From: a virus
DNA length: 64,000 nt
IMG/VR virus record: IMGVR_UViG_3300022689_000178
Location: 1 to 64,000 of that record
Strand: one strand, 5' to 3'
Shown: positions 28,475 to 38,928 of the stretch, one piece after another
Layout of the letters: the number at the start of each line of letters is the position of its first letter
Numbering within the stretch: position 1 is the first letter of the stretch
The notes under the pieces: generated by a model
Databases searched by the model: none
Told to the model about the DNA's origin: nothing
Seen by the model: only the letters and a program-made list of their open reading frames with translations
Translations under genes and position numbers: made by a program

Positions 28475-30154
28475 GTGAGTCTTTTCAAAAAATCAAATAA
28501 GTTTTATACTCCTACGTATACACCCACATTAAAAAAAACAATTATTACACCGGAACAGCGAATAGTTGAAGAGGAGATGGTATTACAAAAAGCAATTAAT
28601 AGCCAAAATCCTGAATTAATTGCAAAAGCATTACAAAATATAGAAAATAATTCCAATTTACAAGTAGAATCTAAAGGTAAAAAAATCAATCCTTTAGATT
28701 TTATTACTTTTTCCGGCTATAAAGAAAAATGGCAAGAACCATCATGGGAATTATTAGATGTAATGGGCAGACAAGAAAATGTTAATGCCATTAAAAAAGT
28801 AAGGAAAAATCAAACAATTCCTTTTACTCAAAGACAAAAGGATAAATTCAGTATTGGCTACACAATTAATAAAAAAGATAATTCAAAAATTACAAAAGTA
28901 GAAGAAAAACAAATTGAACAATTATATAATTTCTTTGACAATTGTGGTTTTAATGAATATTCTGTATTGATTGGAAGTAAATTGGTTAAGAAAAAAAGAA
29001 GAGCTAAATTTTCAGATTGGATGAAAACAATGGTAGATAATAGTTACACTTATGATCATGCTCCCTATGAAATTGTTTTAAATAGTTTAGGTGAACCGAT
29101 TTATTTTACAACTCTTGATGCAAAAACTATTAGACAAGCGGATTCTTATTTTGAAGAAATTTATTCAGGTTCAAGGGAACAGAAAAATGGAGAATATCCT
29201 AAATGGATTCAAATTATTAATGATGTTGAAGTATCGGCTTTTTATGAGGATGAAATAGATGTTGTTATCCGAAATCCACAAGAAAACATATATAATTATG
29301 GATATGGCCGATCTGAATTGGAGGATTTAATTAAGGTAGTTACTAATTTGATAAATGCTTATAAACATAATTCACGGGCTTTTTCTGAAATATTAGCTGA
29401 CAGAATAATTAACATAAAAGGCAATACCACTACTCCCCGTTTAAATGAATTTAGACAATTAGTTAGAGCTACTTTAATGGGTACAAATAATTCTCATGGC
29501 AATTTAATTACTGCAAGCGAGAAAGGAATGGAAATAATTAAATTGAATGAGAATAATAAAGATATGGAATATAGTCAATGGATTCGGATATTAGTATCTT
29601 TATTGTGTTCATTATATACCATTGCGCCTGAAGAGATAAATTTTGAATCCGTAAAAAGTGCCGCCGCCCCGTTAAATGAAAAAAATAATGAAAAATTATT
29701 AAAATATTCTAAAGATTTAGGTTTACGCCCCATTCTTAAAACATTAGAAGATAGTTTAAATAATAAAATAACATGTAAATTTTTTGATAGCAAATATCAA
29801 TTAAATTTTGTTGGATTGGATGCGGATTCACCGGAACAATACTTGCAAAATCAAAAATTAAAATTAGAAACTACCTATACAATTAATGAAATAAGGGCTG
29901 AGGATAATAGACCACCGATTGAGGGCGGAGATATTATATTAAGTCAAGTATTTACAGGTTATTTACAAGGATTACAACAATCACAACAAAATGACAATCA
30001 AGACCAGCAAAATAAAGAAGGTGAAGAACAATTGAAGGAACAAAATATAGAAACAGAACAGCAAGAAAAAGCATATAAAGCATTTAATACCGAAAATATA
30101 TATCAAAATCTAATTGTTAATTATTTGAATAAAATTGAAGAAAATAATGTGTGA
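28475..30154 (+). CDS. portal protein
   Basis: After TerL; IRNP..YGYGRSELE, KDMEYSQW, IAPEEIN, GLRPIL, TINEIRAE..PIEGGD. Confidence 0.92.
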   Translation: MSLFKKSNKFYTPTYTPTLKKTIITPEQRIVEEEMVLQKAINSQNPELIAKALQNIENNSNLQVESKGKKINPLDFITFSGYKEKWQEPSWELLDVMGRQENVNAIKKVRKNQTIPFTQRQKDKFSIGYTINKKDNSKITKVEEKQIEQLYNFFDNCGFNEYSVLIGSKLVKKKRRAKFSDWMKTMVDNSYTYDHAPYEIVLNSLGEPIYFTTLDAKTIRQADSYFEEIYSGSREQKNGEYPKWIQIINDVEVSAFYEDEIDVVIRNPQENIYNYGYGRSELEDLIKVVTNLINAYKHNSRAFSEILADRIINIKGNTTTPRLNEFRQLVRATLMGTNNSHGNLITASEKGMEIIKLNENNKDMEYSQWIRILVSLLCSLYTIAPEEINFESVKSAAAPLNEKNNEKLLKYSKDLGLRPILKTLEDSLNNKITCKFFDSKYQLNFVGLDADSPEQYLQNQKLKLETTYTINEIRAEDNRPPIEGGDIILSQVFTGYLQGLQQSQQNDNQDQQNKEGEEQLKEQNIETEQQEKAYKAFNTENIYQNLIVNYLNKIEENNV

Positions 30155-31322
30155 AATTTGTAAAGCATATAAGGATTTTGAACATTCTATTAAAATACAT
30201 AATGCAAATAAGCAAAAGGAACATTTATATCAAAGCGAATTTCCGGTTGTTAATGAATATGAACGTAAATTTAAAAATTATTTCGCAAATTTAGCCGGCA
30301 AAATAATGGATGATTTGGTTAAAGAAGCATTCAAAATAATAAAGGAAAAGAGTAAAATAAAAAAAGCATTGGTAATGGATATAAACGAAATTGACAGATT
30401 AAGACAAATAATAGATAAAAATGTATTGTCTTTTATATCCCAAAATTTTGGGGTAGAACAATTAACTGATAGTGAAAAAGAATTTTTGTTAAAACATAAC
30501 ATTAATCCCTATGAATTATCAAAAGAACAATTATCTATTATTGATATTGCTTTTAAACACGGGATGTATCTACAAGATGCCGGCAGAGATAATGCAAAAA
30601 AAATTAACTTACATACATTTGAACAAAAATTGAAAAGCAATAAATTCTTACCTTTAAGTGAAAAAGAAAAAGCGGCATTAAATTCTGTTAAATTAGAGAG
30701 TGCAAAACATATTAAAGGTTTAGGAAATAGATGGAATGATCAAACTCAATCTATATTAATTGAGGCGGATAAAAAGAAACGTAAAGAATTAGAACGTGTT
30801 ATTACTGATAAAACAAAAGAGGCAATTGTTAACAGATCGACTGTACAGGAATTTGCAAGCGATTTGGGACATGCAACTGGTCAATGGAGCAGGGATTTAA
30901 TCCGAAATTCTCAATATATATTGCATGATGCACATGAACAGGGTTCGGCACATGAGGCCGAAAGACTAAATGGAGGTGATGCTAAAGTATATAAAAGAGT
31001 ATATACAGGTGCATGTAAACATTGTGAACGATTATTCCTTACGAATGGAATAGGTAGTAAGCCAATTGTATTTACATTATCTAAATTGAGAGATAATGGT
31101 AGTAATATAGGGAAAAAAGTAGACCAATGGCAGGCAACTATTTCTCCGGTACATCCTTATTGTCGTTGTGAATTGGTAGTATTAGAAGATTGGGAAATAT
31201 GGGATGAAGAAAAAGGCAAATTTGTTACTAAGAAAAAATCTAAAGATGAATTGGAACAAAAAAAGCAAGAAATAAGAAGGAAAATACTTGAAAAAAGAAA
31301 AAAAGAGAGATTAAATGTGTAA
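30147..31322 (+). CDS. minor head morphogenesis protein (Mu gpF/SPP1 gp7-like)
   Basis: GACKHC...PVHPYCRC; follows the portal gene. Confidence 0.85.
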   Translation: MCEICKAYKDFEHSIKIHNANKQKEHLYQSEFPVVNEYERKFKNYFANLAGKIMDDLVKEAFKIIKEKSKIKKALVMDINEIDRLRQIIDKNVLSFISQNFGVEQLTDSEKEFLLKHNINPYELSKEQLSIIDIAFKHGMYLQDAGRDNAKKINLHTFEQKLKSNKFLPLSEKEKAALNSVKLESAKHIKGLGNRWNDQTQSILIEADKKKRKELERVITDKTKEAIVNRSTVQEFASDLGHATGQWSRDLIRNSQYILHDAHEQGSAHEAERLNGGDAKVYKRVYTGACKHCERLFLTNGIGSKPIVFTLSKLRDNGSNIGKKVDQWQATISPVHPYCRCELVVLEDWEIWDEEKGKFVTKKKSKDELEQKKQEIRRKILEKRKKERLNV

Positions 31323-31385
31323 AATAGTATATTATATTTTACGAAATTAATATAGATATAAATTTAAAACTAAACTATATTAATT

Positions 31386-31694
31386 ATGAAAACTAAAGCG
31401 ATTTGTTATCGCCCAAATGATAAAGACAATTTATTAAATGTTCCAAATTCATTAAATTTAGGACAAATAGAAGTAAATAATAAGGAAATAAGGATTGAAA
31501 CATTTGACAATAAAGTCGTGGGATTTGCTTATGTATTTAAACACAAAGATCAATTAACAACTGTAATTGAATATAAAGATGATATTGAATTAAATGAATA
31601 TGATATAATTTTAGATTTTGAAATAAAGGATAGAAAGTATATTTCTAAAAAAATATATTTGACTCATAAGAAATTTTACAATATGACATTATGA
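31386..31694 (+). CDS. hypothetical protein
   Basis: 102-aa ORF. Confidence 0.6.
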   Translation: MKTKAICYRPNDKDNLLNVPNSLNLGQIEVNNKEIRIETFDNKVVGFAYVFKHKDQLTTVIEYKDDIELNEYDIILDFEIKDRKYISKKIYLTHKKFYNMTL

Positions 31695-33667
31695 ATAGAA
31701 TTTATATAACAAAAGGCAGAAAACCATCGCCGGAAGGAACTATTAGTGGCAATTTTAAAAAAGTTAAAGGTAAATGGATTCGTATATCAGGCGGAAATGG
31801 AAAAAGTAAAAGCACAAAGAAAAAAGAAAACCGGCCTAAAAAAAATGAATTATTAGAACTTCATAAGGATAAACCGGAATTGGTTAGTATAATGAAATTG
31901 CCAAAAACGGAATGGGAACAAATAGAAAAAAAGGATGATATTACAAATAAAACAAGAAAGGTTTGGATATTAAAAAATAAAAGTATTCAAAATGAAATCA
32001 TAGATAAATATTATCCGATTTTTTTACATAAATCGGATAATATTGCCGGTGAAATTGGATTATCTAATGAAGATGTAATAGAGCTAAAAGCAGTCGCAAT
32101 GTCATTATTAATTAATGGTATTGGAACGTATGGTAAAACACATGATCCTGATAACCCTAAAGATATATTAAGACATATTCATCAACAATTATTGCCTATT
32201 CGTTATGAGGCTACAAAATTAAAAAATGGTGATATAACCTTACCACAAAATATAATCCGATATACAAATAAATATAAAAAAGCAGTAGAAAAAGCTAATA
32301 GTACAGACCCACAAGAAGTATATAAACAAATAAATTGGACGATAGGCGATATACATCCGGATTTAAAAAGTTATGATATTGGTGCAATGAAAGTACCATA
32401 TAAAGATTTTCAATTATTTGAAATAAGCCTGGCCGTAAAAGCAAAAAAAGAGAAACAAATAAAAAAAGTGAAAGATAGGTTTCAGGAGATAAAAGAAATT
32501 GTATCAAAAAAACAATCAAATAGTAAAACAGATAATCAAAAATTAATCAATTCAAAAAAAAAGCTAAATAGTGCTTTAGAATCAGAAATAAAAAAAGAAC
32601 AAAAAATAATACAAGAAAGAATTGATAAGAAAAAGAGTCTATTTAAAAAAGAGATTCCACAAATAATACAAAATGATATTAAAAAATTAGAAGAGCAAAA
32701 ATCAAATCCAACAAACCCGAAAATTAAGCAAATCATAGAAAATTTAAAGGATATTGATAAACAATTGCAGCGAGGAGGAGGCATTACTAATATTTATGAT
32801 AAAGTAAATGATTTTTTAGATACTAAAGAATCTGAGTTTTTAAATAAAATTGAAGATCAATATAAATTAGAAAAAAAACGTAGGGGGGCAAATTCTGTTT
32901 TTAAAGAGCTTGATAGCTATATAAACAAAAGAAAAAAATCAATAGATGATGGTACATATACTAAAGATGGTGAATTTATTCCATCTTTTACAATACATGA
33001 TACCGATTCTATTATTTCTGACCCGGATTATATGGAGGTAAATATAACACATGCAAATAGATTAAATTATTTAATAAATGAGATAGTGCCTGAACAAAAA
33101 GATGTAATGAAGCTATTTTTTGGCACAAGTGAAAAAAGTCCGGATTTAGGTTTTGAGGAAAAAGTTAATTATGGAGAGCCTTTAAATAAAGTAAGTGAAA
33201 TAATAAATCAATTATCGGATGATTATTTCACAAGAAAGGATGACAAGCCAAAAACAAGTTATTTGTTAGATAGGGTAGATGCAAAACAATGGTTTAAAAA
33301 TCCAAATTATCAAGCAGAAAAAAAGAAATATGAAGAGAAAAAAGAAGCGATAAAAAATAAAGGCATTAATTTAAAAGAATGGAAAAAGAGTAATCCCGAA
33401 CCATTGAAAACGTTTCATAAAACATCTAAGGAGGGACAAAAATTGTATAAAAAAGAACGGGATGAGGTGTATAAAAAAACGGTCAAAGAGGCAAAACGTA
33501 AAGGAAAACCATTATCCGAAAAAACTAAAGCAGCAAAAGTATTATCGGATATACGAACAGCAAAGAAAAAGATATATAAAAATATACATTTGTTTATAGA
33601 TAATCCATTCTTTTATGAACAAAATGAAATATTAAAAAAATCATTTAAAGTTGTTTTTAGAAAATAA
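31691..33667 (+). CDS. large Lys-rich protein, probable internal head protein
   Basis: 658 aa; N-terminal YITKGRK...GKWIRI motif shared with the 1598-aa protein; C-terminal ILKKSF. Confidence 0.6.
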   Translation: MNRIYITKGRKPSPEGTISGNFKKVKGKWIRISGGNGKSKSTKKKENRPKKNELLELHKDKPELVSIMKLPKTEWEQIEKKDDITNKTRKVWILKNKSIQNEIIDKYYPIFLHKSDNIAGEIGLSNEDVIELKAVAMSLLINGIGTYGKTHDPDNPKDILRHIHQQLLPIRYEATKLKNGDITLPQNIIRYTNKYKKAVEKANSTDPQEVYKQINWTIGDIHPDLKSYDIGAMKVPYKDFQLFEISLAVKAKKEKQIKKVKDRFQEIKEIVSKKQSNSKTDNQKLINSKKKLNSALESEIKKEQKIIQERIDKKKSLFKKEIPQIIQNDIKKLEEQKSNPTNPKIKQIIENLKDIDKQLQRGGGITNIYDKVNDFLDTKESEFLNKIEDQYKLEKKRRGANSVFKELDSYINKRKKSIDDGTYTKDGEFIPSFTIHDTDSIISDPDYMEVNITHANRLNYLINEIVPEQKDVMKLFFGTSEKSPDLGFEEKVNYGEPLNKVSEIINQLSDDYFTRKDDKPKTSYLLDRVDAKQWFKNPNYQAEKKKYEEKKEAIKNKGINLKEWKKSNPEPLKTFHKTSKEGQKLYKKERDEVYKKTVKEAKRKGKPLSEKTKAAKVLSDIRTAKKKIYKNIHLFIDNPFFYEQNEILKKSFKVVFRK

Positions 33668-33690
33668 TAGTATTCCATTTATAATAATTT

Positions 33691-33719
33691 AAAGCCTGTT
33701 ATTAAAGACAGGCTTTTTT
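33691..33719 (+). terminator. intrinsic terminator
   Basis: AAAGCCTGT...ACAGGCTTTTTT. Confidence 0.8.
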
Positions 33720-33725
33720 GTTTTG

Positions 33726-33774
33726 TGTTAAATAGATTTATTTATTTCACAAATTTATAATATAGTGCAATAAA
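33726..33774 (+). repeat. 49-bp direct repeat, copy 1 (putative early promoter)
   Basis: 45/49 identical to 34237-34285; each copy lies between a terminator and a gene. Confidence 0.75.
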
Positions 33775-33861
33775 ATTATAAGAGTAACCCGAAAATCTTA
33801 TATTAAATAGAGTAAGGTATTCGTTAAAGCTGTAAAACGAAGAAAAATAAACAGCGACATT

Positions 33862-34173
33862 ATGACAAATTTAAAAGTTTATGAATTTTCAGGATTTGGA
33901 AATTATTCTCAATCTTTTGGTTGGGATAACGGTTTGAGTTGTTCTCTTGGCGAAAGTACAACTCTTAAAAGAGCATTGGAAGCCGAAACCGCCTTATCGG
34001 CGTATAATGGATGGTCTTATGGTTTGCCAGAAAGACCAGTACGTGGGGTTTATTACACGCTCAATGAGCATGGTGGAAGCCGTGAAGTTGAAGGGTTTGT
34101 TATAACTCGCTCACGCAGGGATGCGAGGCGTTTATTAGCCTCGTTAGAAGCATCCTTTATGGTTGTTGACTAA
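33862..34173 (+). CDS. hypothetical accessory protein (higher GC)
   Basis: 103-aa ORF, visibly more GC-rich than core genes. Confidence 0.7.
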   Translation: MTNLKVYEFSGFGNYSQSFGWDNGLSCSLGESTTLKRALEAETALSAYNGWSYGLPERPVRGVYYTLNEHGGSREVEGFVITRSRRDARRLLASLEASFMVVD

Positions 34174-34185
34174 AAGGAGGTTAAA

Positions 34186-34235
34186 TAAATAAACAGTTTG
34201 TATCTTTTATTTTGTATAGACTGTTTATTTGTTTT
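34186..34235 (+). terminator. hairpin/terminator
   Basis: AAATAAACAGTTTGTA...TATAGACTGTTTATTT. Confidence 0.6.
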
Positions 34236-34236
34236 A

Positions 34237-34285
34237 TGTTAAATAGATTTATTTATTTAACAAATTTATATAATAGTGAAATAAA
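34237..34285 (+). repeat. 49-bp direct repeat, copy 2
   Basis: TGTTAAATAGATTTATTTATTTAACAAATTTATATAATAGTGAAATAAA. Confidence 0.75.
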
Positions 34286-34316
34286 TAAATTTATTAATCT
34301 TAAAATTATTATTATT

Positions 34317-35126
34317 ATAAAAAAAAAAATTAAATGGGATGTTGAAGAAATGAAAATTTTCAACAAAAACGGTAACCCAATCCCAGGTTACAAACAATTG
34401 AGCCGTTCAGATAACGGCAATTTATTGAATGTTTGCAAGGAGTCATATACTCCGATGCCAAACGAAATTTTTGAAGAGAGTGTTGAAAAACTTTCAGAGA
34501 TTACCGGCTACAAAATTAAAGAATATCACGATTTAGTTGGCGGCAATATTATACTTGCATATTTAGATGCCAGTATAGTAAAATGGAATGGAGAAAAGGT
34601 ACAAAGATTTATGGTCGTAGGTAACAGCCATAATGGGAAAAGTGCTTTTTTTATCGGTGAACATACAGTTATGATCCGATGCGAAAACCAATTCAACTTG
34701 ATTAGACAAGGGCTTAAAGTATACCATACGCAGAACTATCAGGTGAATACGAATTCACTAATGACAAATATTAATGAATTTAAAAAATTGACAAAATCCA
34801 CTGACAAAAAGATGTTGGATTTTGCAAGGGTGAAAATTACCCCCCAAATGATAGATGCCGGAATAAAGTATTTACTGCAATTACCACAAAACGAAACACA
34901 GAAAACCATTAGCACCCGTAAAAGAAATATTTGGGGTGAGATGGAAAGCGCAATTAATAAAGAAACTAAAGCGCTTGGTAGGAATTTATTTGGTTTCTTT
35001 AACGGTGTTACATATTACACCAGCAATATCCGAAAAGTTAAAGACTCTAATTATAACAGCTATTTTGGGAGTAACGCACGTTTAAATAACCATGCCATTG
35101 AATATTGTGAAACGGTAATGCAATAA
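34317..35126 (+). CDS. DUF932-family phage/plasmid protein
   Basis: W.VE, R.DNG..L...SY.P..N, GNSHNGKS, IRCENQ, H.T, FNGVT.Y; start uncertain (ATA 34317 or ATG 34350). Confidence 0.75.
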   Translation: MKKKIKWDVEEMKIFNKNGNPIPGYKQLSRSDNGNLLNVCKESYTPMPNEIFEESVEKLSEITGYKIKEYHDLVGGNIILAYLDASIVKWNGEKVQRFMVVGNSHNGKSAFFIGEHTVMIRCENQFNLIRQGLKVYHTQNYQVNTNSLMTNINEFKKLTKSTDKKMLDFARVKITPQMIDAGIKYLLQLPQNETQKTISTRKRNIWGEMESAINKETKALGRNLFGFFNGVTYYTSNIRKVKDSNYNSYFGSNARLNNHAIEYCETVMQ

Positions 35127-35136
35127 TTGATAATTT

Positions 35137-35179
35137 AATAGCAGGGTAAAAAAATATAATTTATCCTGCTATTTATTTT
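35137..35179 (+). terminator. intrinsic terminator
   Basis: AATAGCAGGGTAAA...TTTATCCTGCTATT followed by a T-rich tail. Confidence 0.7.
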
Positions 35180-35269
35180 AATAAACAATAAAAAAATTAT
35201 TTTAATATATTATTTTGTGATTATAAGATATTATCAATTCACAAATTTAATGGATATAAAAAAAGCATT

Positions 35270-35557
35270 ATGGAAGTACACCAATATATAATAAAACACA
35301 ATTTAGACTCATCAATCGAATTTAACAAAATAGCTAAAACAGCATTTTGCAATGATTTGAATGATGAATTTAATGAAAAAATTGTATTTTGGGACGCAAA
35401 AAATAGCTATATTAATTTCCAAATAGCTGTTCAGAGCATCCGGAATAAATGGGATGCAATTAACAAAAAAACTGGAAAATTATCTGAGCTGTTTTGGGGA
35501 TATTTTTATGCAAGCAATATAGTCCCTAAAAGAAAAAAGTTCTTTGGAAATTATTAA
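35270..35557 (+). CDS. hypothetical protein
   Basis: 95-aa ORF. Confidence 0.7.
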   Translation: MEVHQYIIKHNLDSSIEFNKIAKTAFCNDLNDEFNEKIVFWDAKNSYINFQIAVQSIRNKWDAINKKTGKLSELFWGYFYASNIVPKRKKFFGNY

Positions 35558-35569
35558 TCTTAATTTTAT

Positions 35570-35758
35570 TTGAAAATGGAGAAAGTAGCAAAAATAATAA
35601 TAATATCTTCATGGATATTAAGTCTTCTATTGTTAATGATTAGTATAGGACAATACATAATGTTAAAACAAGTTGAATGGATATATATCAGTATATTTGT
35701 ATTATGTATCAATACAGCAATATTAAATTGGATTTATAAACTTAAAAAACATAAATAA
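35570..35758 (+). CDS. small membrane protein (2 TM)
   Basis: Two hydrophobic helices. Confidence 0.65.
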   Translation: MKMEKVAKIIIISSWILSLLLLMISIGQYIMLKQVEWIYISIFVLCINTAILNWIYKLKKHK

Positions 35759-36129
35759 TGTATATAGTAGCATATCAGTATGGAAAAACTCATTGTAAGG
35801 GAAATAATGGTCATGAAAATTGTATTTATTGGCCGGTTAAAAAAACAAGTTTAGAACTTGCAGAACTTGAATTGTTGAGGGCAGCTAACAGAACAAAACA
35901 TTTAATTCCTATAATGGACGAAGATTGTTCAAAGGAATATAAAGTTAAATGGAAAGATTTATATATGATATATGATAAAGAAAAAAATTATATTGTATGG
36001 ACGAGTGGTAATGAAAAATTGCCATTATCCAAAGATATAGATGTTGTGATAATACCTGAGAATAAATTTAAAAAATACAATTTAAAACCAGATAAACTTC
36101 ATCAAAATTTAGGAGCATATAAAGAATAG
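35758..36129 (+). CDS. hypothetical protein
   Basis: 123-aa ORF. Confidence 0.65.
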   Translation: MYIVAYQYGKTHCKGNNGHENCIYWPVKKTSLELAELELLRAANRTKHLIPIMDEDCSKEYKVKWKDLYMIYDKEKNYIVWTSGNEKLPLSKDIDVVIIPENKFKKYNLKPDKLHQNLGAYKE

Positions 36130-36155
36130 ATTTATTAACTTTAAAAATTATTATT

Positions 36156-36647
36156 ATGAAAAAAAGAATAGTGTTTAGACAAGGAAGCAAAGATCGATTA
36201 ATTTCAGAAATAATCACAAATCGCATTAAAATAATTATAATTGCGGATTCTGAAATAAAAGACAGTATAGAAATCGGACGTGTATATGAAACTGAATTAA
36301 AACCTATGCGAAATGGCAATGGATATATCGCAAAACAAGTTAAATTAATAACAAAAGATGAAATTTCATTTATCCAAAGTAAAGATGAAATAAATATTTT
36401 AATAAACAAAAAAGAAACCGGAATTAAATGGAAACCGGAACAAAGTGATGAGTATATAAAAAAGTTAATTGCCGAAATAAAATATTATATCAAATATAAT
36501 AATATCATAATACAAGGTAATGAATTTGATATATTTAGACAATCATTAACTGCTGCAATTAATGAAATGTATGATAAATATACAAGGAAAATTATTAAGT
36601 CATATACAAAACAAAAAAAAGAAAGAAAAATTGGAGTACTATGTTAG
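36156..36647 (+). CDS. hypothetical protein
   Basis: 163-aa ORF. Confidence 0.7.
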   Translation: MKKRIVFRQGSKDRLISEIITNRIKIIIIADSEIKDSIEIGRVYETELKPMRNGNGYIAKQVKLITKDEISFIQSKDEINILINKKETGIKWKPEQSDEYIKKLIAEIKYYIKYNNIIIQGNEFDIFRQSLTAAINEMYDKYTRKIIKSYTKQKKERKIGVLC

Positions 36648-37342
36648 TAATTAATAAAAATAAAATATTGTTCCTTGCAATAAAAACTTGCCCTATATAC
36701 CAATATGAAAACTTACCTAAAGTATTAAGCATAGATTGGGATAGGGAAAGTAAATATATTGCTAATGAACAAAATTTATCCAAGAAAGAAATCTATGATA
36801 AATTTGCATCATATAATTCAAATTTTGCTAAAGTGATATTAATTTCATTAGCAAAATGGGAAGATGATAATATTGTTGTAAAAAATTATCACGGTTCGGA
36901 TAAATTAAGCAGATTTGGGAAGGACATAAGACATATATCATTAAAGCAATATGATATTTTAGCCTATAACGGATTTACGTTTGAATATCCTTTTTTAGCG
37001 CAAAGAATGTTAATGAATAAAATCCGTATACCGGAGGTTTTAAATTTATTTGGATTGAATATATGGCAATATCCGAAAAGATTATTAGATTTGCATAATT
37101 GGTTTAGCTGTGGTAATCATAAAAACAAATATAGTCTGCTATCATTATGTAATAATTTCGGTTTAAATATTGAAAACTATAATATTTTACAACAAGATTG
37201 TATAAATGAATTTTACTTTAATAAAAAAGAAAATTCATTCAAAGCAATTGTTCAAAGCAATATAATAGAATTACAATTGTTAGTAAAATTGCTCTTAATA
37301 ATAAATCGGAAAAACATAAATTTCAACATAACGTATAAATAA
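36641..37342 (+). CDS. PolB-exonuclease-related protein with degenerate catalytic residues
   Basis: ILFLAIKTCP (canonical ILFLDIETVP), AYNGFTFEYPFL..RML (canonical HN...FD.P), SL..LC..FG. Confidence 0.65.
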   Translation: MLVINKNKILFLAIKTCPIYQYENLPKVLSIDWDRESKYIANEQNLSKKEIYDKFASYNSNFAKVILISLAKWEDDNIVVKNYHGSDKLSRFGKDIRHISLKQYDILAYNGFTFEYPFLAQRMLMNKIRIPEVLNLFGLNIWQYPKRLLDLHNWFSCGNHKNKYSLLSLCNNFGLNIENYNILQQDCINEFYFNKKENSFKAIVQSNIIELQLLVKLLLIINRKNINFNITYK

Positions 37343-37388
37343 TCGTTTCATATAATAGTTTTTTTTTCATAATAATAATTTTAAAGAT

Positions 37389-37421
37389 AAAAGGTCGAAT
37401 TTTAATATTTGGCCTTTTTTT
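37389..37421 (+). terminator. intrinsic terminator
   Basis: AAAAGGTCGAAT...ATTTGGCCTTTTTTT. Confidence 0.75.
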
Positions 37422-37560
37422 ATTTTTTATATATAAAATTTATCAGTAATATTTAAATTAAATTGATACTATGCAATTAGTGAAAGTTATAAAAGAAGGT
37501 AAATTTTATGAATTACCGGAAATAATAGCTACAATATATTTATAATAATCCTTTTTTATT

Positions 37561-38004
37561 ATGAATAAGTTTAAATTGACGCATTCATATACTTTATTGT
37601 TTATTAGTTTATCATATAAATTACAGGCATATATTTGTAATGAAATTAATAATAAATATATAGTCGGTAAAAATTATGTATTAACAAGTACTTATATAAA
37701 AATAGATAAAGGTTATAAATGGGATGGTTGTAGTCCTAAATGGAAAATTGGCAAGTATATCATAGGTACACCGGACGGTAAAATAAATAAACAAGATAAT
37801 TTACCTAAATTGTATTATCCAAGTTTAATTCACGATGTTTTATATGATAGTTTTGAAAAACATGGATTAACAAGGAAAATATGTGATTTATTATTTTATG
37901 AATTAGCAAAAGAATATGATTTTCATTTTGCAAAGATTTACTATATTTTTGTGCAAATTTTGGGGGGAGTTTATCATAAATTAAGAAAAAAGAGAATAGC
38001 ATGA
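37561..38004 (+). CDS. DUF1353-like protein
   Basis: GYKWDGCS, SLIHDVLY, RKICDLLF. Confidence 0.75.
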   Translation: MNKFKLTHSYTLLFISLSYKLQAYICNEINNKYIVGKNYVLTSTYIKIDKGYKWDGCSPKWKIGKYIIGTPDGKINKQDNLPKLYYPSLIHDVLYDSFEKHGLTRKICDLLFYELAKEYDFHFAKIYYIFVQILGGVYHKLRKKRIA

Positions 38005-38522
38005 ATATTTTATATATATTATTAGAGGTAGGAAAACAAGCGGTAAAAGCAATTGAAGGTACATATAATCCAGATAGTACTTCTGATGTATTTAAGTTAG
38101 TTATAATTGTGATTAGTTCTATTATTAGTGGTTTAATAGGATTAAATATGTATTGGACAAAAAGATATATCAATGAAAATAAAAAATTTAATGAAACATT
38201 AAACGGTAAATTTGAAATATTTGCCGATAAAATGAAAACTGATATATTTGGAGTAAAATTGGATAGTAAACAGTTAGAAAAAGAGATAGAAAGAATAGAC
38301 AAACAAAATAATGTGGATAGGCAAAATAGTACTGAGAGAATAAATAGACATTCAAACGAAATAAAAAAGTTATTATCCAATTATGCTGTTTTACAAAATA
38401 TATTGGAACGGGTAGAAACTACAATTATAAACGTATCTAATGATATTAAACATACCGGAATACTTTCAGAATCTATACGATCACTTCAAGAGCAAATAAA
38501 AGAGTTGAAATCAAAACAATAA
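38001..38522 (+). CDS. membrane-anchored coiled-coil protein (possible lysis accessory)
   Basis: One TM segment followed by a long coiled coil. Confidence 0.6.
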   Translation: MNILYILLEVGKQAVKAIEGTYNPDSTSDVFKLVIIVISSIISGLIGLNMYWTKRYINENKKFNETLNGKFEIFADKMKTDIFGVKLDSKQLEKEIERIDKQNNVDRQNSTERINRHSNEIKKLLSNYAVLQNILERVETTIINVSNDIKHTGILSESIRSLQEQIKELKSKQ

Positions 38523-38537
38523 TCAATTACATAGATA

Positions 38538-38897
38538 TTATTTTGTAATATCATTTAAAATAACTTTTGGTTTCCAAATTCTTTGTGATGAATGTTGGTT
38601 TTCTTGCCAATGAATAGTACAATTTTTAGTTATTCGTATTGAAATAAATCTAATGAATTTAATAATATCTGAATCTTTTTTCAATTCTATTGGTGGCCAT
38701 AACCAATTTGATTTGTTTTTTATATATGGATTATAATATCCTGCAATAATTTCATTATCCCTTAAAGTAATTATTAAATCATATTCAAAATTATTATAAA
38801 TTATACTTTCATATAATCTTTGTTTTAATTCTCGGATTATATCAAAATTTGTTTTATTATAAGTAGAATAAGATTTGTGTTTAAATAAATGAAACAT
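38538..38897 (-). CDS. hypothetical protein (minus-strand moron-like gene)
   Basis: Fills an intergenic gap and has its own minus-strand promoter. Confidence 0.7.
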   Translation of the reverse strand: MFHLFKHKSYSTYNKTNFDIIRELKQRLYESIIYNNFEYDLIITLRDNEIIAGYYNPYIKNKSNWLWPPIELKKDSDIIKFIRFISIRITKNCTIHWQENQHSSQRIWKPKVILNDITK

Positions 38898-38928
38898 TTT
38901 AATTAATTATTAATTTTTCTAATTAACA

